The notes beneath the pieces are model-generated. The model ran no database searches. It saw nothing but the letters and a program-made list of their open reading frames with translations, and was not told where the DNA came from. Shown here piece after piece: positions 40,778 to 54,120 of a stretch of 64,000 nucleotides of DNA (positions are counted from its first letter, which is position 1; every line of letters starts with the position of its first letter). Source of the DNA: Octopus sinensis (taxonomy: Eukaryota); the NCBI RefSeq assembly GCF_006345805.1, contig NC_042999.1:145080001-145144000 (forward strand), in the 5' to 3' direction. The translations under genes and the position numbers were made by a program.

Positions 40778-41448
40778 GCCTTTAGCATTCAGATTACACT
40801 GTCAAATGTAATGCTTATTCATTCACATTGTTTCAAGTTAATCATATATTATCTTGTAGCATTGAGATTTCAATGATGTGATTATTAATTTTAGAATGAC
40901 ACATGGTAGGTGTGAAAATCCAGATCTGGTCAATATGAACATAAAAAAAAGATAGAAAATTTGAGTTGGATACAGCTGTTGAAAAGCTACATCTGGTCGG
41001 TGCTAATGTATGGATGTGAGTCTTGGACAATAAGCAAGGTCATGGAGAAGAAATTCAAAGCTCCAGAAATGTGGTTTTATAGAAAAATGCTTAGAATCTT
41101 GTGGGTACAGAGGGTGATGAATGTGGAAGTGTTGAAGATGAAAGCGAAGAAATAGTTGATGGATACTATCAGAAATACAGTGGAGATTTGTTGGTCATTT
41201 TCTCAGAGAGGCTGATGGAATGGAGTGTTACATGGCGGAGACTGAGCTGGTGGGAAGGAGAGTGAAAGGAAGGCAGAGAATGAAGATGTTTGACTGGATC
41301 AAGAAGAGAATGAACGTGCAGAGTGAGAAAGACCTAGGTGATGTTGTGAGAGACAGGAATAAATGGAGGCGGAGCAAGCCATGATTCATCAACGACATGA
41401 ATATACCATGACATAAGAGTAGAGATAGCTTTTGTAAATGCTGAAGGG
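40778..41448. mobile_element. piggyBac-like MITE interrupted by a LINE fragment
   Basis: Left end cctttagcatt, right end aatgctgaaggg|ttaa. The left part is homologous to the partial copy at about 28585-28680. Confidence 0.55.
40975..41410 (+). mobile_element. LINE ORF2 3' fragment (RTE-BovB-like)
   Basis: LLKSYIWSVLMYGCESWTISK.MEKKFKAPEMWFYRKMLRILWVQRVMNVEVL...GRRVKGRQR...RDRNKWR is a typical RTE C-terminus. Confidence 0.8.
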
Positions 41449-44400
41449 TTAAATTTGACCATTTATTCCATAAAGCTAGCACATCAATAATGTGCTTGTT
41501 TCAAACAAATTTGATAAATTACTTTGTAATTTTAATTTCCTTTATACACTAATTGCTTAAAGTACATGCTGGTTTTCATGTGAACAGTTTAAATGGAGCA
41601 TAGTTCAGTGACTCTTGGCATTCCCCCTCTTCCTCATCCTGCATTATAGCTATTGATGTTACTACTACTACTATTACTACCACCACCAACACTAGTACAG
41701 CTGTCATTACTACAACTGTCACTACTACTTACTACTTGTCCTCTTCTTTTTATAAGATATGGGTTATGATTTGACAGTAGTTGTTTAGCTGCTGTTTCAA
41801 TCATGGCCACTGCCTATTGAGTGAAACAGGAAGAAAAGAATAAAAGATGTTCTATTAGTCAATCATATCAATACTAGTTACATGCTTTAGTTCTGATATT
41901 CATTTCATCAATATCTCTTTATCAAATGTCTAAGTAATGCTTTGACATAAAAGAACACAGCACACTAGCTTACACTGGTAAAAATCAACAAAGCACAACT
42001 TACATACATACACATATACATATACACACGCGCACACACACACACGTACATCTATTTGTCTGCTGGTCTGTCTACTAACATGTCCACCTTAAAACACCAT
42101 TTTAATGCCCTCTTCTCTGTATGAGTCAGACAGAATTTGTTGAGGCCACTTTCTGTGATAGTACAGTTTGGATGGACTATGACAGTCTGGATCAATTCTT
42201 GTTTGGAATTAATGCACATCTAGTTAAGTCAGAGACCATACTTTACTCATAAGTACCCTTGCTATAGAAACCATTTGTAGAGTGCGGTGGGTGCATTTTA
42301 GTTTGAGACTAGCACTAGAGTAGTTGTCTAGTTCTTGGGTCCTTTCTAGTTTATGTTGTCTCTGTACATTTGCCATCCACATAAGAGGTGAATTTTATCA
42401 TGGCACTAAGATTAGAGATTTTTTATTTATCTTTTGGAAAGACTAAAGTCTTCTCTCTACTGTATTATCTCTGTACATTTAAGGCAGCATGATCAGAATG
42501 AACAGAAATGAGAGTGATGAAGAGAAAATTTGGGTAGGAGGATGATAAAAAAAAATATAGTGGATTGACAGGAGTAAACAGGCAGTGGAGGAGGTAATCA
42601 AGGAAGAAAGACAGTGATAGGCAGCTACATTATAGTAGTTGGTAAGGACATTGAATAGAAATAACAGCATGAATGACTATTGGGCTAGAGAGAGAGAGTG
42701 AGAGAGAGAGAGTGAGTGATAGAAGGGAGATTCTCTTTCCTCTTTCTGATGATATATATGTATATATATATATATACAGGCTTTTCACAGTTTCTATCTT
42801 GCAAATTCTACTCACAAGCTATTTGTCAAGCTAACACTACATGACATTTACCAAAGGTGCCACTCAATGAGACTACACATAGAACTATATGAGTACTAAG
42901 TGTTCTTAACCACTATGTTTGTACCATGCATGTGTGTGTGAATATGTATGTGTGTGCATATATGAATGTGTGTGTATATTTATATGTGTATGTATATATA
43001 TGTGTATGTATATTACTAAAAAATTCAAGTTGACTCTACTTTCAGTTTTGAGTCACCCTGTTATTAAATTGATATTGTCTGTTATTCTAATAATCTTACA
43101 TATGCTTTCCATGCTAGCTTGGGTTGGATACTTCAACAGGATCCAACAAGTTAGAAGAATATGTTGTGCTTCAGTGTCTTAGTTTTCACATAGTTACTAT
43201 GACTGATTGCTCTTCCTAATATCACTCACTTTACAAAGTGTATTGAGTGCATTTTTATAACACCAGCACTAGCAAGATTGCCTTGCAACTTGCAAGGCTA
43301 AAGAGCCTAAAGAAAGGCTCCATGATGGAAAGAAACATAGGAGGGTGAGTGACGGATTAAGGCAAGGTGACGAGAGAAGTTAGAGTATAATGAAAGGATC
43401 TGATATATTGTGGGAGAGCAGCAGTGAAGAGAGCAACTGAGTAGACACTGTTGGAGGAGGGAGTGTGGAAGGAAAAGAGAAAGGGATTTGAAACAGAGAT
43501 ATCCATTGCTATTCCATGTTATTAAGGTGATTATAAGTGAAAGGTATGAAGAAAGTGAACAAGAAAGAGAAAAAGATGAGGGTAGCAAGAATCTGGAAAG
43601 GGGCATAGAAGGAAAGAGAGATCTGTGTGTGTGTGTGTGAGTGGGAGTCAAGGATGTGAGCCAGAGATGGAAAGATGAAAGTGTTGAGGTCATGGAGCGA
43701 GGATAGAATAGTATGAGAAAGGGAAGTTGGAGGGGACCAGTCTTAACAGATGTAAAGTTAATGTTTTGGAGTACTACTGACTACATGGTTATGTGTTCAA
43801 AATCTTACTGTGACAACCATTATGTCATGTTTCTCATTAAGACATATATCTTTGCTCCAGTTTGTCCGACAAACAAAACTAGATTCTACCATCTACTGTA
43901 TAGTTGAAGAATTAAGAATAAGAATTATAACCAGTAGTTCAATATAATAAAAGAAAAGAATGGATATAGTAAAAATACATATATATATTATACTCACTCA
44001 GTTACTTCCTCTGCTCAACTTTGACAAAATACTAATGCTAATAGACTGGCATGTTCCTTTAAACAAGTTATATAACTCTGGTTACTTCAGCTTGCCTGAC
44101 TGAGTTCAAAGTTGTGTGAAGGTTCAGTTGTAACAAAGAACAGCTAATTGTAATAACACTTGCTCTATCAATATACAACTGTCCAGATTACAGGAAAACA
44201 TTGAGCTCAGCTATGTTACTGAAATAAAATGGGTAAAAAAAAGTAATATATATTTTTTGTGTGTGTATTTCTGTATGTATTATATCAATGGTTTTGGCCA
44301 TTGGACTGACCATACTGTAAAATCTCTTCTGTTTTTTTCTTATTCTCTATATTGACCCTAATACACGTGTCCTTAAAGAGAGATAACTCAGTCGAGCATG

Positions 44401-44464
44401 AATAATGCAGTTTATTCTTGCTTGACGTTCTGTTTCTGCTCATTGGTCACCTTCATTTTATATA

Positions 44465-44513
<49 letters not shown>

Positions 44514-45111
44514 TACTACCAGCATCGCCTTACTGGTACTTGTGCAGGTGACATGTAAAAAAAAAAAACACAATTTTTTTTGTGGCCGTTGCCAGTACCG
44601 CCTGACTGGCCCTCGTGCCAGTGGCATGTAAAAGTACCCACTACACTCTCGGAGTGGTTGGCATTAGGAAGGGCATCCAGCTGTAGAAACTCTGCCAGAT
44701 CAAGATTGGAGCCTGGTGCAGCCATCTGGTTCACCAGTCCTCAGTCAAATCGTCCAACCCATGCTAGCATGGAAAGCGGACGTTAAACGATGATGATGAT
44801 GGTGATATATATTCAAAAACATTGGGATACCATTTTTCATCCACTATATATAATTCATATTGTAGTGGTCAGTCTGAAGCTGTTAGAAGACACTTGCTCA
44901 ATGTACTGTGTAGCAGGTTCATGACCACATAGTTTTACCTGTGCCTATAAAAATTGATCTTTATAACACCTGGGTTTCAGTAGCTGTCACCCATCTAACC
45001 AGACTTGACATTGTTTAACTTTATTGAAAAGATGAAAAGTTGTGTTGTAGTGTGAGATGGGCAAACATTGTTTTTCTATAAAGAGTTAACAAATGATAAT
45101 TTTCTTTTCAG

Positions 45112-45210
45112 GTATAGAAGTTTTTGTTCCTACATTTGTTGAACTCAAATCAAATGTTATTGAGGAAAACAAATGTAAATTAAAGGCTGCCAACATGGAG
45201 TTTCCTTTTG
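45112..45210 (+). CDS. ITPK1: ITPK1 coding exon (99 nt) (G)IEVFVPTFVELKSNVIEENKCKLKAANMEFPF(V)
   Basis: Acceptor tttcttttcag|, donor |gtgagt, phase 1 to phase 1. Aligns to human DRICSPPFMELTS...GLTFPF and is in frame with both neighbours. Confidence 0.92.
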
Positions 45211-45756
45211 GTGAGTTCTATATCTTTTTTTGTTTTAATTTTTGGTTTGAACTTATTTGACCATTCAAAAAAATATTTTTTACCAAAGGGACTTTTAGTC
45301 AAAACTTTCAAAAATGTCTGAGGTCTTCCTTTTACATTAAGCTTGACATGGGTCATTATTTTGATATGTTGCATTCATTCATTCATTCATTCATATATAC
45401 GTGTGTGTGTGTGTGTGTCTTCTGTATTTAATCATTTAAATTCTTTCTCTGTTTGTCTGTACATACATATGTACATATATATGTGTGTATAATGAAAGGT
45501 TGCATACATGCATATTTGTGTGTAACCTTCCATCATAAATATTCAATGCATTTCATCATCAGAATCTGTTGCCTAAAGAGGCCACACACACACAGATATA
45601 GAATATGAGGTGTTTAGTTCACTGATGATCTAAACCAGTAGGTATGCTGCATAATTGCTATAATTGGTCATCCATTAGGTTCCAAGTTCACAGCTGAGGT
45701 GAGGCTGGAGCTAGGGATCTGTAGTAGGCTTCCAAGTTTGCAGGTATATATATACA

Positions 45757-45841
45757 CGAGGGGTGTATGAAAAGTTTTGAGCCTTGAAGTCTTGTACCAT
45801 GTTTTGTATTTTTGAGGCTCAATACTTTTCATAAACCCCTC

Positions 45842-45842
<1 letters not shown>
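45757..45842. mobile_element. MADE-like mini-mariner MITE (~86 bp, almost all TIR)
   Basis: cgaggggtgtatgaaaagttttgagcct ... aggctcaatacttttcataaacccctcg|ta. CGAGGG-starting TIRs are typical of irritans-type mariners; it lies in a (TA)n context. Confidence 0.75.
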
Positions 45843-45876
<34 letters not shown>

Positions 45877-47095
45877 CACACACACACATTCATACACACA
45901 CATACACAGCAAGGGCCACAACATATCTTCATATTTCTCAGTCATTAGCCAACATCTTATCTGACCTCTGTTGTTGCTCAACCAACCCCTTTGTGGTTTT
46001 CTTTTATTGTGTGTCTGCCTATTTGTTAGCAGTTGGATGTCATGATGTTTAATAAAGCAGTGTGAATTGGACAGTTTAACAGGATCTGATGGGCCCAAGA
46101 ACTGCCAGTGTTTGCCTTAGTTGGGTGTATACAGCTAGGTGGCCTTCTTAATGCTAACCACTTTATAATGTGTACTTGTGGATTTTTCTTGTTCCACATG
46201 CAGTTTGCAAAACTATGAACCCTGAGGCTATGAGGGAAGGATGTCAGTTTTATGCTAGGAGATGAGTGGGTTAAAGTGTGAGGTGAAGTGGGGCAAATCC
46301 TAACATGGTTAACACACCCCTTTAACTGAATGTACTGTATTGCAAATGTAGTGTGGTGGATGAAGAGGACAACAGAAGAAGAAGCAACGGGAGAAAGAAA
46401 TACAAAAGGCCTTACCTTGGCGAAGATCAGCGGTCTCTCACGAATTCGACACATCCTGTCGCTTCGTCGTCTATGCTCGAACTGGCCCTTCATCAATGAC
46501 CACACGTGTGTCCTGCTTGACCTCTTCTGCTTCCTGCGACGCATGCACCCTGCAGTCTTCTGCCGGCCCCTACAAGCCCTACTTTCCCCACCTCATCTGT
46601 CATCCTCTCCACCAGCACCACATAGCTCATCACGTCCCATAGCACCGACTGCCAACACCACAGCAAACATTTAGATCACATGCCCAGTTTCTTTGCAGGA
46701 AGAATATTTTTTTTGCAGGACTTGACCTACAACTGTTCAGATTAGGTATCAGTTGCAATAGTCTCAGTTATCTTGGTCCACCTACTAAAGTCATAAGAAC
46801 TGACCCTTGTAGAATGTCCATAATATGTTTATAGATATGAAGCATTATTGTTGAGTATAGAAGTATCAAGTGATCTTGGTGGAAGGAATCTGAAAAAGAT
46901 GGGAGATACAGGATGTGTTGGTGAATTCCTTATGGGTCTTCATGAAGAATGTGACAATGGGGGCTGCAATAAGTGGCAGGGTACTGTGTGAGGGAAGACT
47001 TGTTCAGCATGCAAGCATGGGAAAAATAGTTGTAAAATGATTATAATAATGTGTGTGTGTGTGTGTGTGTATGTATGTACACACACACACACACA

Positions 47096-47183
<88 letters not shown>

Positions 47184-47399
47184 CTCAAATGCATTTGTGT
47201 GTGCGTGTGTGTGTGTATTCCATTGTTTCCTATGTCCCCATTCTTACTGAGTCTGGACTTATACATCTAATTCAAATGTATGTAGATGTTCATTTGTATG
47301 AGTTTGTCCATATATCTGTCTGCCTAATTATCTCTTATAAAGTGTGTGCTCATGTACATATATAGGTATGACTGTGTGGTTAAAAGTTCGCTGAAAGAA

Positions 47400-47800
47400 A
47401 CCTGTTATCTTCTACAACGAAGGTGTTCAAGACTCTTGTCACAACCTCCTTCATATTCTCCTTCAGCTTGGCAAACTGCAAAAAGTCACAGGGAGCAAGT
47501 TCTGGACTGTAGTGAGGTCGAGGGACAGTTTTCCTGCCCATCTCCGTCAAATAGTTGGCTACCAGGATGGAATTGTGGACTGGTATATTATCCTGGTTCA
47601 AGTACTCTGGTTATTTGCAATGAACTCTTTTCCTGAACTCCCTCAGAACCTCCACAGAGTACTCTTTGTTGTCTGTCTGGCTAGAGGGATGTAGATGATT
47701 CCCTTGCTGCTGAAAAAAGGGATCATTATGAGCTTTCCGGTGGACTTGCTTTGCTTGTTATCTTGTTCCAGTAGGAAACAGATACTTGCCTTATACAAGT
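47400..47800 (-). mobile_element. Mariner transposase relic (catalytic domain)
   Basis: QSKSTGKLIMIPFFSSKGIIY and QDNIPVHNSILVANYLTEMGRKTVPRPHYSPELAPCDF match the mariner QDNAP.H and YSPDLAP.DF motifs. Frameshifted. Confidence 0.85.
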
Positions 47801-48130
47801 TAATCCATTCACAGTTGAGCATTTCATAAGTTTCCATAGTATTTGTTGCCCAAGTTAACACAAAAATGCATTGCATAATGAACTTGCAAAGTGTCTTTAC
47901 ATCTTGACTATATTTTGTAAATTAGTCAGCTGTGACAAGCAATGTTTAGTAGGGTGTGTTCAATGTACTGGAACAGCTGTTTCCTTCAGTTTTGAATAAC
48001 AAAGGCAGGCAAGTCGGTTTATATGATGTATGGTAGTGATATACTAAAATTACATAATCTAGGACAGTTATAACTACGTCTCCAAAAAGAGTCTCAAAAC
48101 TTCTGGAATGCACGTCTTATATATTTTATT

Positions 48131-48485
48131 AACAGCACTCAGTGCAAACCTCTGCCAAGGCAACACCAACGTCCTCTTAATGATTAGCCAGAGATGACTT
48201 TTAAAATGAATACTATCTGAAATAAACTCTACTGCTCTCATGAACGAGAATACTAAAAATGAACCCAACTGCTCTCAAAAAATTAAATGAAAAAAGAAGA
48301 AAAATAATCCAGAATCCTTGTCCAGTACCAGATTGATTCCAAAATCTAATCAGTTCATGTCAGTCACAAGGCCAAATATCCCTGAAAATTCATCCAAATC
48401 CACAGATATCTTGTCCACAGACAAACAAAGAAACAAACATGACTGGAAACAATACCTCTGCCTTTGCTAAGGTGGAGGTGATAAT
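48131..48485 (+). mobile_element. Non-autonomous Helentron/HINE-like element, copy 2
   Basis: Homologous to 10365-10731. Subterminal inverted motifs acctctgccaagg and acctctgcctttgctaaggtggaggt; follows tttatt. Confidence 0.65.
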
Positions 48486-49573
48486 CAGAAGTTACAGAGT
48501 GACTCAGTGTGTGTGTGCGTGCATGTGTGTGTGTGTGTGTAAATAAGCGTCACAGTCATACAAGCAATGAACCTTCACTTTCAATGTCTGGTTATTAGAA
48601 AATATTATCTCGGTGGGAAACAGCTGAACTTTGATATGATGTGGCATCTGATCATAGAACACCTGCATCGATGAATACTTTCTGACCCATGCAGTCATGG
48701 AAAAGTGAATGTTAAAATGATGATGATGATGCTAGCATATATCTGTAATCATCATTGTTTAACATCTGTTTTCCATGATAGCAATATATATATATATATA
48801 TATGTGCATGTGTGTGTCTGTGTAATATATTTATAAAGTGTATGTACATTGTATATATGTGTATGTGCATATGTTCCTGTATGTATACATATGCAGTGAA
48901 TATGTGTGTGCGTACATATATATATATGAGAGACACACACACACACACACACAAACATATATACATTCAAATACTGCCGGTGGCATGTAGAAAGTACCCA
49001 CTACATTCTTGGAGTGGTTAGTGTTAGGAAGGGGATCCACCTGTAGAAACTTTTCCAGATCAGATTGGAGCCTGGTACAGCCTTCTGGTTTGCCAGCCCT
49101 TAGTCAAACCATCCAACCTATGCCAGCATGGAAAGTGAACGTTAAACGATGATGATGATGACTGTGTGTAGTTGCACTTTTATGCAGACAAATCTACCAG
49201 GAAGTTACATTTGCAGTCTCCTATGTCTTTGGGCATTTCTCAAAATATAAGCACTCTAGTTTTCTATGCAACCTTGTTGCATAAAATATAAAAGTGCTGA
49301 GTTCTAATGATGACAAAGTAGCTGCTTAATGAATCAATAGCACTGCTTTTAGGTTTCAAATTTTTTCTTTGATCTTTTGCCAATGGTTTTCAAAGAAATT
49401 GGCTGGAGATTCCATATATTGACCTTGAGAAGATATTTCTTCAACAAAATATAGTTTAATGCAAGTATTAGATAAAAAAATCTTACTCTCACTTGATGAA
49501 CACACACATTCCAAATGTGTATATATGCATACATATATATATATGTGTATAAACACACATCGATATATACATA

Positions 49574-49633
<60 letters not shown>

Positions 49634-50131
49634 TCACACAAGTATATATATATATATACATCTACACCATTGGAAATTGTGCATCTATACAAAGGATTAA
49701 TTCACCCTCTCTGTAATGCTAATAAGCAGGAATTGAGACCCACCTCGTTGTGATTAACAATGGATAAATTTGTCTTCTGTGAGTATGTAATCCCTCATCA
49801 TATCTCTGGAAATTCATATGTGCACTATGGATTAGGTCACCTTCTCTGGGTTGCTATTAGAACTTTTTTAAAATTCTGTGATAAGACTGTACATCATCTT
49901 TAAAGAACTTTAATGAACTTTGGATATCTGTATATGTTTATGTTACTTAATTATCTTCATTACTTCATGAGTATAGCCTTAACCACTAGGATGTCTAGAG
50001 AACTCACATGTATTTTAGCTGATGAGTACGGGACACATTTATATGCTGTAATTTTACAACTTTTAATAAAGCCTGTCCTTGTATGAAACGATTGTACTAA
50101 AACCTATCCATTCTTGTTGCTTCTTTCTCGC

Positions 50132-50179
<48 letters not shown>

Positions 50180-50362
50180 ATATGCATGTGTGTGTATATG
50201 TATGTATATATGCATGTGTGTGTATATGTATGTATATATGCATGTGTGTGTATATGTATGCATATATACACATTTTATATGTGTGTGATTATGAAGTGGG
50301 AGTAATTTTTTTTTATCTAATACTTACATTAAACTATATTTTGTTATATACATAGATATATA

Positions 50363-51280
50363 TCAAGTTGAGTACAAAGTAAGCAACATTTTGAGCCATG
50401 AGGAATTTGTACTGGATTTCCACAGAGCTTTGTATTGTTTTAAACATTTTTTTGAAATTGTCCGATAATACAGACATAGACTTGTCCAAATGCATCAATA
50501 AATTAACATTGATTTTTTTTCACCATTGTTACAATCATCTGAAATGGAACTGTCAAAGTGTGATATTTGAGCAATTTTGTTATTCCACTTCAAAAAGGAT
50601 GTAAAGCAGCTGAAACTGCTTGAGGTATCAGTGAAACATTTGGTGAGGAAATGACCAGTGAGTGATCAGCTCAAAAATGGTTTAAACGATTTCGCAGTGG
50701 AGACTTGAGCTTTGAAGATTGTGAGCGTAGTGGATACCCATCTGTCTTCGATGATGGCTAATTAAAGACCATCATTGAGAAAAATCCATGTGAAACCACT
50801 TGAGAACTGGCAAAAGAACTTTAAGTTAGCCAGAAAACTGCCTGTAATCATTTGCATGTGATCTGCAGAAACATTGCCATGAAATTGCCAAAATGAACAA
50901 AAACTGCTAGTCCCCATCCCATACTGGTCAACAGAAGAGAGCCAATCATTCTTCATGACAATACTTGACCACACATTTCAGAAGTTGAGGGAACTTGGCT
51001 ACAAAGTTTTTACTTTACCGACTACCACTTTATCAAGCACCTTGATGGTTTCCTGCAAAAGAAGGAGTTCAAAAATCAAACTAATGCTGAAAGTGTATTC
51101 AAAGAGTTCATCAGCTTCAGAGCTCCAGATTTTTATGTTACTGGAATAAGCAAACTTGTAACTTGTTGGCAAAAATGTGTTGATTGTAATGGTACTTACT
51201 TTGACGAATAAAATTTCTGCATTGTTGAAATGTGATGAATTTCATGTTTCAAAATGTTGCTTACTTTTTACTCAGCCTGA
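50363..51280 (+). mobile_element. Internally deleted mariner element with both TIRs (918 bp)
   Basis: ta|tcaagttgagtacaaagtaagcaacattttga ... tcaaaatgttgcttactttttactcagcctga|ta. Internal WFKRFRSGDLSFEDCERSG.P (HTH), LHDNT.PH, DYHF..HL and FYVTGI.KLV.CWQKCVDCNGTYFDE*. The central catalytic part is missing and stops are present. Confidence 0.9.
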
Positions 51281-51920
51281 TATATACACACACACATGTA
51301 TGCATATAGTTATATAGTGGGTGGATTTGGTGGACAGAAACTGAAAAAAAGCCTGTTGTGTGTGTGTGTGTATATATGTATATATATATATCTTCATCAT
51401 CATTTAGTATCCATGTTCCATGCTGGCATAGGTTAGACGATTTGACTGGAACTGGTAAGCTGGAGTGCTGCACCAGGCTCCAGTCTGGTTTGGCTTGGTT
51501 TCTATGGCTGGGTGCCTTTCCTAACCCCAGCTGCTCCAAGAGTTTAGCGGGTGCCTTTTATGTGTTATCCCCACTGGCCACAACTACGATTTCACTTGGC
51601 TTGACATGCTTTCTCATACAAGTTTTGTGCATCTGTGTTTCACTGTCTCCTTGCCTTGACATCATGCAATAGTTTGAGTGTCACCATCATGCAAGCAGTG
51701 TCCTTCATTTCCAGTCCTCAGTGAAAACATGTCTGGTCATGAGGTAATATTACATTACTTGGAAATAGGGGAGGGTTAGTGGCAGGAAGTGCATCTGGCC
51801 ATAGAAAATCTGCCTCAGCAATTTTGTGTAATCCACGAAAGCATGGAAAAGTGGACGTGAAAGCGATCATGTTATACATATCTACCTATCTTTCTATCTA
51901 TTTATCTATATGTATGTTCA

Positions 51921-52106
51921 TCTAATATAATAAATGCGAAAACTAATTTCTGTGTGTCAGTGTGTCACACTTTGACCCCATCTCTCAACATTCAATGACA
52001 CTTCTACTGTTGGTGATGTTTTATTAAAAGTAGTAGTGTTGATGGCTTGTCCCCTGCAATCCTCTCCAGCTAAGCATCCCTAATCTTGCAGGCTTGTAGG
52101 TGCTAG
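51921..52106 (+). mobile_element. Possible short Helitron-derived element
   Basis: a|tctaatataataaatgcgaaa 5' end and ctag|t 3' end. No convincing 3' hairpin. Confidence 0.35.
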
Positions 52107-53567
52107 TGCCACATAAAAAATACCCATGCCAGTGCTACGTAAAAGCACCCAGTACACTCTGTAAAGTGGTTGGTATTAGAAAGGGCATCCAGCCGTAGAA
52201 ACCATGCCAAAATAGACGGAGCCTGAACAGGGCTTCAGCTGGTCAGCTCCTGCCAAACTGTCCAACTCATGCCAACATGGAGAACGGACATTAAATGATG
52301 ATGATGATGATGTGTATATATTGCTAGGTTCTTGGTGTTTGTGTCACATAGGTAGGTCATGTCCTGAAACTCTTTCATAGCTATTATGTCGCTCAGTTAT
52401 TATTGATGATATTTCCCATTTATAATACTTTTTTTTTACGACTGAGACATTAAAACAGAGCTTATTTCATTTTAATCTTATAAGAAGTAACTACAGTTAA
52501 ATAAATGATTCACAGGTGGAAGTAATAAATGCTTTCGCAAGGAATCTTGTAAAAACCGGTCTTGATAATGCTTATGATAATGATGATAATAATAATAATA
52601 ATAATAATAATAGTCTATTATAATAAAATGCTTAGTATGTCTTCGTTGGTCACACTAGGCAAAGAAGGGTAAAACAGCAAATGGAGTGGCAGTGGGTAGC
52701 AGTGACAGATGCTAAAGCGAGCAGACAACAATTAAAGGCTTTGTTGGCCTTGTGCCAAAATTTCGAACCAATAATAATAATTCTTTTTAATTTTGATACC
52801 AGACCAGTAGTTTTGAGCAATGAAACAAGTTAGTTACATTGGCCCCAATGCTCAGCTTGGGTTGCAGAGAAGTATAGTTTTAGAGGAGTTTCATTGAGTA
52901 CTTGCTGTGTGATTACCCTGTTTTTTTCCTCTTTTTATGGTGCAATCTCTCATCCCATTTTAAGAAAAGAAGGAAACTGTTGTTGGGAAACCTAGCTTGG
53001 AGGTTCTCATGGCAAACACAGTCACAACTTTACTGATAATCAATTGTTTTTTGTCAAAGTTTTGAAGTATAAGAGATCACAAATAAGTATCAAAGAGGAG
53101 CAAGGCTCCAGTTGATTTTTCCCTATGGAAGCTGTATGATCATTTAATAAAGAAGAGAATCAAGCTGATCAAAGCAGTGATTGCTGGTAATTGTTTCTAT
53201 TGCCCTGAGATGTTGGAAGAAAAAGTGATAGATTGATAGTTGGTAAGGCCAGAGAAGTTACCTTTCTGGTGGGGATAAGACTTTATAGAAAGCTTTGAAA
53301 CTCCGAGAGAGAGAGAGGGATGGGGAGGTTGAAGTGTTTGGCAAGAATAGGGGCTAGGTTGTGGAACATTGTGTAACAGTGATGGAAGGGAGTTTCCTGG
53401 TTGGGTTGGAGTGATTAGAGGAGTATCCATCCTTACATGAGGATTGTAAGTATGTGATGATGAGAATGCAGTTATGGAGAAGGAGAATTTTAGAGGAGTT
53501 TCATTGTCATTGAGTGCATGCAGTATGAAGTAGGTGATGATATATATATGTGTATATATATCATCAT

Positions 53568-54108
53568 CATCATCGTTCAATGTCCACTTTCCATGCTAGC
53601 ATGGGTTGGACAGTTCAACTGGGGTCTGGGAAGCCATAAAGCTGCACCAGGCCCAGTCTGATCTGGCAGTGTTTCTACAGCTTGATGCCCTTCCTAACAC
53701 CAACTACTCCATGAGTGTAGTGGGTGCTTTTTACGTGCCACTGGCACAGGTGCCAGACGAGGCTGGCAAACGGCCACGATCAGATGGTGCATTTTACGTG
53801 CCACCGGCACGGAGACCAGACGAAGCTGGCAACGGCCACGAATCGAATGGTGCTTTTTACGTGCCACCGGCATGGAGGCCAGTCAGGGTGGTGCTGGCTA
53901 TGGCCACGTTCGGATGGTCCTCTTACGTGCCACCGGCACTGGTATCACAGCTACAAATTCCATTGATGTTGATCGAATATAATTTTGATTTTCACTTGCC
54001 TCAACAGGTCTTCACAAGTGGAGCTTTGTGTCCAAAGAAGGAAAGGAATGCATAAGTGGGCTGGTACATCCCAGGTAGAGGCCACGGGATTATGGCCTCA
54101 CTTGTCCT
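53568..54108 (-). mobile_element. RTE-tail element (family C, long form)
   Basis: Reverse-strand tail plus about five ttttacgtgccaccggca-type heads. Homologous, in opposite orientation, to 55640-56198. Confidence 0.75.
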
Positions 54109-54120
54109 TATATATATATA

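Noticed and set aside
53720-53945. Repeat-spacer-like arrays with a palindromic repeat (also at 17800, 24655 and 55880), superficially CRISPR-like
   Set aside because: The spacers are homologous to one another, the arrays are embedded in a dispersed retroelement tail, the DNA is eukaryotic, and no cas genes are present.
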